Shown here piece after piece: positions 30,001 through 37,698 of a stretch of DNA of 63,145 nucleotides. Source of the stretch: an uncultured Planctomycetia bacterium (lineage in GTDB: Bacteria; Omnitrophota; Gorgyraeia; 1-14-0-20-64-10); contig CAYJVR010000007.1 in assembly GCA_964373715.1 (NCBI GenBank), forward strand, positions 26,787-89,931, read 5' to 3'. How positions within the stretch are numbered: position 1 is the first letter of the stretch; every line of letters starts with the position of its first letter. The translations under genes and the position numbers were made by a program. Under the pieces are notes generated by a model. It was not told where the DNA came from. It saw only the letters and a list, made by a program, of their open reading frames with translations, and did not search any database.

Positions 30001-32941
30001 CACGCTTGTTAATGCATTTCGGGAAGCAGGTTGGACACCCGCATCAACGACCTATGTGAACTGGGTTGCGAGTGCCGTTGATTTGGCAGAGAGAATCGCG
30101 CCGGCTGTTCAGCTTCCCAATGGCCAGCCGTTCGAGAGCTGGGAAGCCCTCAAAGCTTATTTGAAAGCCAACAAGAGCCGATTGGAAGAACGGAATCACG
30201 AAGTTTTAGTGGCCGCGGGTCAGGTGAAACCGACCGATCCTGTCGGATCTCTTTCGTATCTAACCCTCGTCAGTGCTTTCCAAGAAGGAAGTTGGGCAGT
30301 CGGCGTTGATTATAGCTGGCAACGGAATGCAGGTGGGTTCGATCTCAGCGAGCGGCTCGCGGCGGTCGTTCAGCTTCCCAATGGGCAGCCATTTGGAAGC
30401 TGGAAAGATTTAAAAGAATATTTCACGGCCAATAAGGTTGTTTTGGAAAGGCGGAATCACGAAATGTTGGTTACTTCCGGCCAATCTAAACAGGAGGCCT
30501 CTCCTCGTTCGTTGGCCTATGGTTCTCTGCTGCTTGCATTTCGGGAAGCGGGTTGGACGGGTGAAGAAGTGAAAGGTTGGTTTTGGGATGCGGGCTCACT
30601 TGATTTAGCAGAACGATTGCGGCCTGCCATTCAGCTTCCAGGAGGACAACCGTTTCAGACATGGGAGAGCTTTAAAGCATACCTTTTGGCGCACAAAGCG
30701 GAATTAGAAGCCCACAACCAGAGAGTGTTAGCTGAATTCGATCCTTCGGAATTGCAAGAAGAGGTTTCGGGCAGGTTGTCTTTTGGAACTCTTGTGGGCG
30801 CCGCGATTGAGGCTGAGTTGGTTCTGGGTGACCAAAGCTGGCTTCGGGCGGCAGGAGCCCTTGATTTAAGCGAAAGGATCGCCACGGTCGTCCAGCTTCC
30901 GAGCGGGAAACCATTTAAAACGTGGGAAGATCTCAAGGATTATCTTGTCGCGCATAAACAGGAGTTGGATCGAAAGAACTGGGAAGCGCTGGTGGATTTG
31001 GGACAAATCAAGTCGATCAATCCGATCCAGCCCATTTCGTACGCCACTCTTTATCAAGCTTTTCGAGAAGCAGGGTGGGCGATTCAAGTCAGCCAAGATT
31101 GGTTGCGCGCATCCGCCGGGTTAGATTTAAGCCAGCGGTTGGCGCCGATTGTTCATCTTCCCGATGGACAGCCCTTTAGAACGTGGGGAGATTTAAAGGT
31201 TTATCTTAAACCCCTCAAATTTGCGTTGGAGCAACGGAATCGAGAGGCATTGATCGGGTCCGGCCAGATGAAAACAGACAGCCCCAATCAGGCGCTTTCT
31301 TATGCGACGCTTTTCCAGGCGTTCCGAGAAGCCGGATGGGCAGTGGACGTAGACCAGGGCTGGTTGAGAGATTCCAGCTCGTTGGACTTGGCCGACCGCC
31401 TTTCTCCGTTGGTATTGCAAGACGAAGATCAAGTTCCTTTTTCGACCTGGCCGGAACTCAAGGCCTATCTGATAGCCAAAAAAGCCGATTTGGAACGGCA
31501 AAATACGCAAGCTTTACAAACGTTTGAAGAACCGAACGAAACGACGGTTGCAGGCCGGCTGGCGTACGCGACGCTTGTTGCTGCGTTCCAAGAGATTGGA
31601 TGGACGGCGAGAGTGGATGTCAACTGGAACCGGGCCGCGGGGGCATTGGATTTAAACGAGAGGATCGAAGGTTTTCTCGCGCTCCATCCGTTGCCGGAAC
31701 AGCCGGATTGGCCCGATGTTCGTCAATGGTATCTTGAGAACAGAGAAGGGTTGGCGCAGGCCAACTGGCAAGCTTTGAATCCAGAGACACCCCGTCCGGC
31801 CGATTACTATTTAGCTCCTGCCACAATAGGTTTTGCTCTTGTCGAAGCCGGCCATTTGCCTGAGACTTTGCGAAACGGAATCCATGAAAACGGTATTGAA
31901 TTGAACTATGCTTTGAACCATCAGAGAACATTAATCAGTCAATTGGGAGCTGCTCTTGACCAGCTGAATCCTGTAAATTTTCCAGTTGGACAAGAAAAGG
32001 AATTCGTTACGGCCGTAAAGAATTGGATGCATCCGGAGCTGCTTCTTAAAGTGACAAGTGAGGTTGAACAACAGGACGTCAACAGCCTCGCCGCTGCTTT
32101 CCAGGCGGGGAATCAAACTCCAGCCGGTGCCGCACGGGTGGCCGGGTTGACTGCGGCAAGGGCTCGAAAGCTATGGGGGTATGTCACCGGTGCGAAAACA
32201 TTTGTTCCTGTAACTTACGCAAACAACAGAGCTTTCCCGAAGCTCGTTACAGAATTAGTGGCCGTTCCTTACGCTCAGCCGGTGATAGCCGAGTGGCGAA
32301 GTGGCTTGGAAGAGACCCGAATTTCTGTGCTGGAGCGGAGCGCCATCTCTCGTTTGACGGCAGAACGGGGAATTTTTGAATGGGCGCGATCGTGGGCAGA
32401 GGTTGTCCGTTCCTTGGGAGGCGAACTTTACGATGGAATCATCAACGTCACGAATCCTGATCAACCTGCTTTGTCGAAATCATTCGATTTAACTCGTTCG
32501 TTAGAGGCGGATGGTCATGCTTTAGTTGTTCCAACGCTACCGGCTCAGGAGATAAAGCTCGTTCAGTCAGCCACTTTGTGGGTGCAAAAGGGGGTCCTCG
32601 TGCCTGCTGCGTGGAGGGAGTTTTTCCAAATCAGGGAATTGGCCGCTGAAGAGCCTGAACAAGCCGGGGAAGCTTTGAGGGAAGCCCGAGTAGGGGACGT
32701 TGTTCTGTTGAACGATGAATTCGTTACGGAAACCACTCAAGAAAACTGGGTAAATATCCTGAATGAGCGGGAACTTCTCGGGCTTCGCGTTCCGGCAGGG
32801 ATGAATTTGGAAACATACTCTGAGAAGGATTTGGCCACGCTGCTCATCGTTCTCGAGCGTTCCGGCATCCATTTTTATGATCTTTCCTCTCTTCATGCCG
32901 CCGATATCGAAGGCCAGCGGCAGTTACTCCTCTATCTGTAA
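27092..32941 (+). CDS. giant protein 1 (1949 aa): degenerate PPP/metallophosphoesterase-like head, 12-13 tandem ~87-aa repeats, unknown C-terminal region
   Basis: Single uninterrupted ORF. Head motifs are ITDLHGD, LGGDYVDGG, GGNIDR (in place of GNHE), FVHAAP and LRGHD. The repeat array is described separately. Three [A/S]GLEE motifs at 27296, 28442 and 32300. Confidence 0.85.
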   Translation: MKIKPIVARVIERGIRGGTLLVFLTSYSVSEPYLLGRDTLRPEPIREATGSGLKELRERISEDTVAFRAGLEEGSSLQDLIRNAETLLGDPAQEAVTPEKAQLLEQLIPWVEKKLREQEKVGLLRPTLQLIESAQSFKAGNTVFLPFEAADAVFITDLHGDRISFQQILTQVSYDPEANKKALRKKYLILGGDYVDGGPRSLDVLLKTLTLYLQDSKHVVLMGGNIDRYRLKTVEQDKYRFFLQLKERLGTNGEALYKKWQEFARQFLVADVITKNGFAFVHAAPPTDKVQGYDLERGLEWLSFSDEAKHEMATNSLRRPGLPNLSDGSDQENEQYSRDLQRDYEGHPSSRVTGIESIRKFGELTGASVILRGHDSGSPHDKALVVPVEGGKKITVLTVHASVIGSPESEKVYPKTPRCYAVVKLDHNYTTIDPTSTDPTEQIVYPVLPDAGLEESDEGPPPSAFWPEEHFERLSQRIAPYVTQTATVPFTSWDELKAYLKLHKAELEQRNHEALIASGQIKSTDPVTRFAYQTFVNAFSEGGWATGVGQNWQRAAGALDLSERIAPVIQFPNGQAFPTWEEVGNYLRDHKADLEQRNHEVLVVSGKKKATGLATPVSYQTFMQAFYEAGWVIETERQWMYGGAFDLADRIASAIQLPDGKPFENWNALREYLRANKTVFERKNYEAQVVSGQIDPQEQKTPTLLAYTTLVSAFQGGGWASLSQVLRRSAGALDLAQRLSPVVKLPDNKPFSTWEEVKAYFMADKSILEKQNREVLLATSPLKPKDRSVLLAYSTLLEAFREGGWVEIPEEEYIRWKRSSSSLSLGERLAPIVQLPDGQPFSNWEDLRSYLKAHKADLERRNYEVLSASGQVEAEDAPGPLSYTTLAYAFGEAGLFKGSDEAYWAAGALELSERLAPIVQLPNGQPIATWEDLKAYLKANKAKLERQNHEILVASGKVKPGVPVHPLSYNTLVNAFREAGWTPASTTYVNWVASAVDLAERIAPAVQLPNGQPFESWEALKAYLKANKSRLEERNHEVLVAAGQVKPTDPVGSLSYLTLVSAFQEGSWAVGVDYSWQRNAGGFDLSERLAAVVQLPNGQPFGSWKDLKEYFTANKVVLERRNHEMLVTSGQSKQEASPRSLAYGSLLLAFREAGWTGEEVKGWFWDAGSLDLAERLRPAIQLPGGQPFQTWESFKAYLLAHKAELEAHNQRVLAEFDPSELQEEVSGRLSFGTLVGAAIEAELVLGDQSWLRAAGALDLSERIATVVQLPSGKPFKTWEDLKDYLVAHKQELDRKNWEALVDLGQIKSINPIQPISYATLYQAFREAGWAIQVSQDWLRASAGLDLSQRLAPIVHLPDGQPFRTWGDLKVYLKPLKFALEQRNREALIGSGQMKTDSPNQALSYATLFQAFREAGWAVDVDQGWLRDSSSLDLADRLSPLVLQDEDQVPFSTWPELKAYLIAKKADLERQNTQALQTFEEPNETTVAGRLAYATLVAAFQEIGWTARVDVNWNRAAGALDLNERIEGFLALHPLPEQPDWPDVRQWYLENREGLAQANWQALNPETPRPADYYLAPATIGFALVEAGHLPETLRNGIHENGIELNYALNHQRTLISQLGAALDQLNPVNFPVGQEKEFVTAVKNWMHPELLLKVTSEVEQQDVNSLAAAFQAGNQTPAGAARVAGLTAARARKLWGYVTGAKTFVPVTYANNRAFPKLVTELVAVPYAQPVIAEWRSGLEETRISVLERSAISRLTAERGIFEWARSWAEVVRSLGGELYDGIINVTNPDQPALSKSFDLTRSLEADGHALVVPTLPAQEIKLVQSATLWVQKGVLVPAAWREFFQIRELAAEEPEQAGEALREARVGDVVLLNDEFVTETTQENWVNILNERELLGLRVPAGMNLETYSEKDLATLLIVLERSGIHFYDLSSLHAADIEGQRQLLLYL
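28495..31890 (+). repeat. in-frame tandem array, 12 units of about 262 bp plus a degenerate 13th
   Basis: Unit consensus: ALDLSERIAPVVQLPNGQPF.TWEDLKAYLKANKA.LERRNHEVLVASGQVKP.DP...LSY.TLV.AF.EAGWA......W.RAAG. Unit starts near 28495, 28763, 29021, 29285 and on to 31378, with the degenerate unit from 31643. Confidence 0.9.
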
Positions 32942-33169
32942 ATCCCTTTTATGAAGCGTTCCCATTACCATACCCGCAATGACGGTATACAAACGGTCTT
33001 GATGCCACTATTTCCCGGTTCCTGTTCTTGTTTTTCCCTCCTTGTTTTGCTAGACTAGCCTGTTGTTCTGCCGGTTAGTCTCGGTAAACGTTTCTTTTGA
33101 GACAGCAACAACTTAGGGGAAATCTACCCTCTTTTTTTTCGAACGGAGGGTTAAAGAAGGATTGCCCAG

Positions 33170-33916
33170 ATGAGCCTGATGAGGACTGCAAACCCAGCGC
33201 TGAACGCGGACACCTTTGTCGGGTCTGCCGGGGTTTCGGAAACAGAGACGATGACCCTGCAGGGGGCGGTCAATAAGACCGGGATTCTCCTCGGCATATT
33301 GGTCCTCGCCAGTTCTTGGACCTGGAACCAAGCCCACATTGACGTGCCGGGGGTTCTCCGATGGACCTTAATCTGTGCGATTGCCGGTTTCGTGGTTGGG
33401 CTTGTCACGGTCTTCAAGAAATCGTGGTCCCCCGTCACTGCGCCGGTCTACGCGCTGCTGGAAGGCTTGGTGCTGGGGGGGATATCCGCTTTCTTTGAGC
33501 GTCAGTATCCCGGCATCGTAATTCAGGCGGTGGCGCTCACCTTCGGGACGCTGGCCGCCCTGCTGGCCGCTTACACCTCCCGGATTATCTCGGTCACGCA
33601 GAACTTCAAACTTGGTGTGGTGGCGGCGACCGGCGGCATCGCGATCCTGTACCTGATCAATATGGGGATGATGTTCTTCGGTCGGAGCATCCCGATGATC
33701 CATGAGAGCGGGCCTTTGGGGATCGGGTTCAGCGTTTTCGTGGTGATCATCGCGGCGCTGAACCTCGTGCTCGACTTCGACTTTATTGAAAACGGATCCA
33801 AAACCAACCAGCCGAAGTACATGGAGTGGTACGCCGGTTTCGGGCTGATCGTGACGCTGGTCTGGCTGTATTTGGAGATCCTCCGGCTGCTGGCAAAAAC
33901 CCGCCGCCGCCGGTAA
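33170..33916 (+). CDS. Bax inhibitor-1/YccA-like membrane protein (COG4760-type)
   Basis: N-terminus MRTANPALNADTF....MTLQGAVNKTGILLGIL followed by about seven TM helices, an architecture typical of this family. Confidence 0.6.
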   Translation: MSLMRTANPALNADTFVGSAGVSETETMTLQGAVNKTGILLGILVLASSWTWNQAHIDVPGVLRWTLICAIAGFVVGLVTVFKKSWSPVTAPVYALLEGLVLGGISAFFERQYPGIVIQAVALTFGTLAALLAAYTSRIISVTQNFKLGVVAATGGIAILYLINMGMMFFGRSIPMIHESGPLGIGFSVFVVIIAALNLVLDFDFIENGSKTNQPKYMEWYAGFGLIVTLVWLYLEILRLLAKTRRRR

Positions 33917-33995
33917 TCAATTGTTTGGAAAATAGAATTCTTCTCTGTAAGAGGAAAAGTTTTGAAGGGAACCCTTCCTCTCGAGAGTGGGGGTT

Positions 33996-34088
33996 TTGGG
34001 GAGAGTGTTGAACTCTCCCCAAAGAGTCCATTAGTTTTTGCTGGAGATGGGAATATTAAGGGAAGAACCGAGATATGGTTCTTCCCTT
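33996..34088. other. two perfect hairpins (10-bp and 12-bp stems)
   Basis: ttggggagag-tgttgaa-ctctccccaa (33996..34022) and aagggaagaacc-gagatat-ggttcttccctt (34058..34088). Neither has a T-run, so they are not canonical terminators. They sit just left of the tRNA-Pro half-copy. Confidence 0.7.
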
Positions 34089-34191
34089 AAAACGAGATCC
34101 GACGCTTGAGCGTCAGCCGCTGCCACAGTTTGTTTGCGGAAAGCGTTAGAAAGTCGTGAGCTCGTTTATTTGCAAAAGGCAGGAACTCGTT

Positions 34192-34232
34192 CGGGGCGTG
34201 GCTCAGCTTGGCTAGAGCGCTTGCATGGGGTG
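34192..34232 (+). repeat. 41-nt exact duplicate of the 5' half of tRNA-Pro(GGG) (att-like direct repeat)
   Basis: cggggcgtggctcagcttggctagagcgcttgcatggggtg is identical to 36131..36171. Identity ends at the 3' edge of the anticodon loop. Confidence 0.9.
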
Positions 34233-34360
34233 TTTAGTACTGTTTTTGAAACGCATTCATACATAATGAGATACAGGTTGACTGGTCGCCATAAGGTCGC
34301 CATTGTATACAGTCAATCGAGGGCTGACCGTTACACTTAACGCAGGAAGGAGTTGTCTAG

Positions 34361-34663
34361 GTGAGCGCGAGGATTGCGATTGATCGGGAGAAGATAGCGG
34401 ATTTCTGCCGGCGGCATCACATTCGACGGCTGGCGCTCTTCGGCTCTGTTCTGCGCGATGATTTCCGGCCTGATAGTGACGTGGATGTCCTCGTCGAATT
34501 CGAGCCGGGTGCTACCGTTGGATTTCTCCGGTTAGCCGCAATGGAACTCGAACTGTCGGGCATTCTTGGTCGAAAGGGAGATCTAAGAACACCTGCGGAG
34601 TTGAGCCGGTATTTCCGAGATGAAGTACTGAAGGAAGCCGAGGTCCAGTATGTCGCGGCGTAA
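34361..34663 (+). CDS. nucleotidyltransferase-domain antitoxin (MNT/MntA-like)
   Basis: GTG start after aggaaggag. LALFGSVLRDDFRPDSDVDVLVEF is the GS..R...D.D minimal nucleotidyltransferase signature. Overlaps the downstream HEPN gene by 14 nt. Confidence 0.8.
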   Translation: MSARIAIDREKIADFCRRHHIRRLALFGSVLRDDFRPDSDVDVLVEFEPGATVGFLRLAAMELELSGILGRKGDLRTPAELSRYFRDEVLKEAEVQYVAA

Positions 34664-34985
34664 CGATGCTAACTTCCTACGCGATATGATTGATGCCGCT
34701 AAGGAGGCTCTCTCTTTCGCCCAGGGCAAGAAACGCAGCGACTTAGATGAGGACCGGAAGCTTGTGCTCTCCATCGTTCACTTGGTCGAGATTATCGGCG
34801 AGGCCGCGGACCATGTGAGCAGAGAGTTTCAGGAAGCCCATCCAGAGATCCCTTGGCCGGTCATCATCGGTATGCGGAACCGTTTGGCCCACGCCTACTT
34901 TGAGGTAGATCTGGACCGGGTTTGGGATACCGTGAAGGACGATCTTCTTCCTTTGATCTCTCAGTTGGAAGGGATTGTTAAATGA
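34650..34985 (+). CDS. HEPN/DUF86 (HepT-like) toxin
   Basis: IGMRNRLAHAYFEVD contains the Rx4-6H HEPN motif. Size about 110 aa. Paired with the upstream MNT gene. Confidence 0.8.
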   Translation: MSRRNDANFLRDMIDAAKEALSFAQGKKRSDLDEDRKLVLSIVHLVEIIGEAADHVSREFQEAHPEIPWPVIIGMRNRLAHAYFEVDLDRVWDTVKDDLLPLISQLEGIVK

Positions 34986-35467
34986 CCCGGCGCTTTCGCA
35001 ACCCGACACCTGCAAGCCGTCAATGCGATCGGGTGTTGAAACGGTTTCTTTCGGTTTGCCTTGCCTTCCTTATGTTCTTGGTTGCAGCGAATTGTTTTGC
35101 AGTTGAGGTAGCTGTCGAATGGCAAAGGAATGACGGCGTTTTTGATGGATTCATAGGAAAGCTGGAAATTGACATACAAAGCAAAGCTATGGCAGCTTCC
35201 GTCTTTGCAAAATCGGCCCATGGAGGTGTACAGGTTTACTCGCACCATTTTGAGATACTTGAAATTCAAGAGACGCTGGAAGGGCATTATCGCATTGGTT
35301 GCAGGAATGAAATGGGAGCGATGTTTTCGGGCCACGTCGATTTGAGTGATTCAGCCAAACCCGCAGTGAAGTTGTACGGACCCAACAACGTAGTCATCAC
35401 GAACATTTCTCGGGGTGGTAAGTGGTTCAAATTCTGGAATATTCGAAACGTATATTTGGGTCGATAG
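34982..35467 (+). CDS. hypothetical secreted protein
   Basis: ORF has an N-terminal hydrophobic signal-like segment FLSVCLAFLMFLVAANCFAVEV. Start overlaps the HEPN stop (aaATGAcc). No family recognised. Confidence 0.45.
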   Translation: MTRRFRNPTPASRQCDRVLKRFLSVCLAFLMFLVAANCFAVEVAVEWQRNDGVFDGFIGKLEIDIQSKAMAASVFAKSAHGGVQVYSHHFEILEIQETLEGHYRIGCRNEMGAMFSGHVDLSDSAKPAVKLYGPNNVVITNISRGGKWFKFWNIRNVYLGR

Positions 35468-35555
35468 ATTCAAGTGAACTTGTTGAGTAGGTACGTACCT
35501 TGTAACGGCCTTGGGAAGCAGACTCATTTGTAACGAAAGAGATGGGAGTTAGAGC

Positions 35556-35912
35556 ATGCTGAATATAACTTTAATAGGTCTCATTATCTTAGGGGTAATC
35601 TCTGCCACTCTGCTTGCATGCTTGCACTTGAGGTTATTCTCATTTGATGCGTTGGCCTCTTCTTCTGTTGCAGAGTTTATAAGTAGAAGCTTTCTGCATT
35701 GTCTCGTTATGGCTGGAGCCATTGCTTTGGCTGTCTTTGTTTTGTTGCAGCTAAGGGATAGGGAGATACCTCGTGGAACTCATGCTGGCGAAGGAGCGGG
35801 AGGCGCTATTAACAGGCGGTTTATTACTCCTGAGTTCTTTCGGAACTTAGTAGCGGCACTTATTGCGGCGGGTTATTTGGGTCTCGTCGTTATGTTTCTG
35901 AACAGAGTTTAA
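35556..35912 (+). CDS. hypothetical membrane protein
   Basis: Three or four hydrophobic helices. Preceded by gggagttagagc. No family recognised. Confidence 0.45.
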   Translation: MLNITLIGLIILGVISATLLACLHLRLFSFDALASSSVAEFISRSFLHCLVMAGAIALAVFVLLQLRDREIPRGTHAGEGAGGAINRRFITPEFFRNLVAALIAAGYLGLVVMFLNRV

Positions 35913-36130
35913 TCAGCGGTAATGCCATAGAGTGGGAACACGATTGGTCTGACTGCCCGCTGGAGGTGGTTGAGTTGATATCAGCCATTCAGACTCTCGA
36001 TAGGTAGCCGGGATCGGTAACTATAAGGTCCCCATTTTGTGATGCTAGGCAACGCTTGGACAAGTTGGATTTAGCGGGGCAGTGTCGGAGTTCTCGTCGG
36101 TGGATGGATTTTCACAAGTCGTTGTGTTGA

Positions 36131-36208
36131 CGGGGCGTGGCTCAGCTTGGCTAGAGCGCTTGCATGGGGTGCAAGAGGTCCCGAGTTCAAATCTCGGCGC
36201 CCCGACCA
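36131..36208 (+). tRNA. tRNA-Pro (anticodon GGG), CCA encoded
   Basis: Cloverleaf read by hand: acceptor cggggcg/cgccccg, D arm gctc-agcttggcta-gagc, anticodon arm cttgc-atGGGgt-gcaag, variable loop aggtc, T arm ccgag-ttcaaat-ctcgg, discriminator a, then cca. Confidence 0.9.
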
Positions 36209-36223
36209 TTTTGACAATTAACG

Positions 36224-36362
36224 CATCACGGGTCCTGCTGCCGTCGGAGCGCCCCTTCGCCGTGCTCAGACAGTCCTCGACCCTTCTCTAGAAATAAAGT
36301 AAGAAGGGTCTGCGGAACTGCGCGCGGCTGGAAGGGGCATCTCCTCGGCATCACCCGTGATG
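36224..36362. repeat. GC-rich palindromic element, copy R5 (about 139-nt imperfect hairpin)
   Basis: Bounded by catcacggg/cccgtgatg, with central stem gacccttct..agaagggtc. Its reverse complement aligns with R3 module B: gggtga[ct]gccgaggagatgccc, tccagccgcgcgcagttccgcag, gaggactgt and gggcgctccga. Confidence 0.8.
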
Positions 36363-36390
36363 GAATTGTTTTCAGTTTGGAGTTTGGAAA

Positions 36391-37698
36391 ATGGCGGCTA
36401 TCGAAAAAATAAACATAGGATTGATCGGGTGCGGCACCGTCGGGTCCGGCGTGGCGAAGATGCTCCTGGACCGGAAGGAATTCCTTGCCCGCAGGGCCGG
36501 CGTGCAGCTGGTTTTAAAAAAGGTGGCCGTTCGCCACCGGAACAAAGCCCGGCTGCTGAGGCTTGATCCCCGGCTGGTGACCACCGATCCGATGTCGGTG
36601 GTGGAGGACCCGGAGATAGACCTCGTCGTCGAGCTGATCGGCGGCATCCACCCGGCCAAGGAGCTGGTCTTGAAGGCGATCCAGAACCGCAAACCGGTCG
36701 TGACCGCGAACAAGGCCCTACTCTCGCATGAGGGGACAGCGGTCTTCGGCGCGGCCGTCAAGGCGGGCATAGACCTTTATTTCGAGGCGAGCGTAGCCGG
36801 CGGGATACCGATCATCAAGTCTCTGCGGGAAGGCCTGATCGGCAACGACCTGGAGGTCCTCTACGGGATACTGAACGGGACCACCAATTTTATTTTGTCC
36901 GAGATGGCCCGCGGGGAGGGCCGTTCGTTCAGGGCCGCGCTCGAAGAGGCGCAGGAGCGCGGCTACGCGGAACGGAACCCGTCGCTGGACCTGAAAGGGG
37001 TTGATACCGCGCATAAGCTTTCTATCCTGACGCTGCTTGGTTTCGGGCGGATGATCCGGCCCGAGGATATCTACGTCGAGGGGATTCAGGACATCACCGC
37101 CAACGACGTCCGGTACGCGCATGATGTCGGCTATACGATCAAGCTCCTCGGCATCGCCAAAAGGGAGGGAGACCAACTGGAGGTGCGCGTGCACCCCACG
37201 CTGCTTCCGAACAACCATCTGCTTTCCAGCGTCAACGGCGTTTATAACGCTGTTTTTGTCGAAGGGGATTTGATCGGCGACCTGGTCCTGTACGGCCAAG
37301 GGGCGGGCCGCTTTCCGACCGCGAGCGCGGTCCTTTCCGACATTGTGGACGTGGCCCGGAACATCCGCTACAGCTCCCAACAAAGGGTTCCGCTGCCTCT
37401 GCCGACCTCGAGGATCCGGCGGGTGCGCCGCGTCGGGGAGATCGAGGGGCGCTACTATTTCCGGTTTTCCTGCATTGACAGGCCCGGCGTTCTGGCCAGG
37501 ATCGCCCGGGTGCTGGGCGCCCACCGGATTTCTATCGCCAGCGTGCTTCAGAAGGACCGCCGGCGGGAGCACATCGTTCCGGTGGTGATGCTGACCCATG
37601 ACGCAAAGGAAAGAAATGTTCAGGACGCCTTGTCTGAAATTGACAGGCTTTCATTGATCCGCCGTAAAACGGTTTGCATCCGGGTGGAGAGAGGATGA
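36391..37698 (+). CDS. hom: homoserine dehydrogenase
   Basis: [38 protein letters not shown] and a C-terminal ACT domain. Confidence 0.92.
   Translation: MAAIEKINIGLIGCGTVGSGVAKMLLDRKEFLARRAGVQLVLKKVAVRHRNKARLLRLDPRLVTTDPMSVVEDPEIDLVVELIGGIHPAKELVLKAIQNRKPVVTANKALLSHEGTAVFGAAVKAGIDLYFEASVAGGIPIIKSLREGLIGNDLEVLYGILNGTTNFILSEMARGEGRSFRAALEEAQERGYAERNPSLDLKGVDTAHKLSILTLLGFGRMIRPEDIYVEGIQDITANDVRYAHDVGYTIKLLGIAKREGDQLEVRVHPTLLPNNHLLSSVNGVYNAVFVEGDLIGDLVLYGQGAGRFPTASAVLSDIVDVARNIRYSSQQRVPLPLPTSRIRRVRRVGEIEGRYYFRFSCIDRPGVLARIARVLGAHRISIASVLQKDRRREHIVPVVMLTHDAKERNVQDALSEIDRLSLIRRKTVCIRVERG

Noticed and set aside
28495-31890. Regular ~262-bp periodic repeats, considered as a possible CRISPR or satellite array.
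   Set aside because: The period is far too long for CRISPR and there are no short conserved repeats with unique spacers. The whole array is in one open frame with protein-level conservation, so it is a tandem domain repeat.
33113-33140. Possible rho-independent terminator after giant ORF 1 (aggg-gaaatcta-ccct followed by t8).
   Set aside because: The stem is only 4 bp. The T-run also pairs alternatively with the downstream gaggg that forms the SD of the next gene. The evidence is too weak to call.
34134-34340. ORFs 34134..34340 and 36082..36291 share the peptide GRGSAWLERLHGV.
   Set aside because: The shared peptide is simply the translation of the tRNA-Pro sequence and its 41-nt duplicate, so these are not a protein family.
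34291-36038. The near-repeat ataaggtcgccattgt / ataaggtccccatttt near the two ends of the islet, considered as integrase arm sites.
   Set aside because: There are only two imperfect copies, at different distances and on different sides relative to the tRNA repeats, so this could be chance. It is mentioned under the islet finding but not called as a feature.
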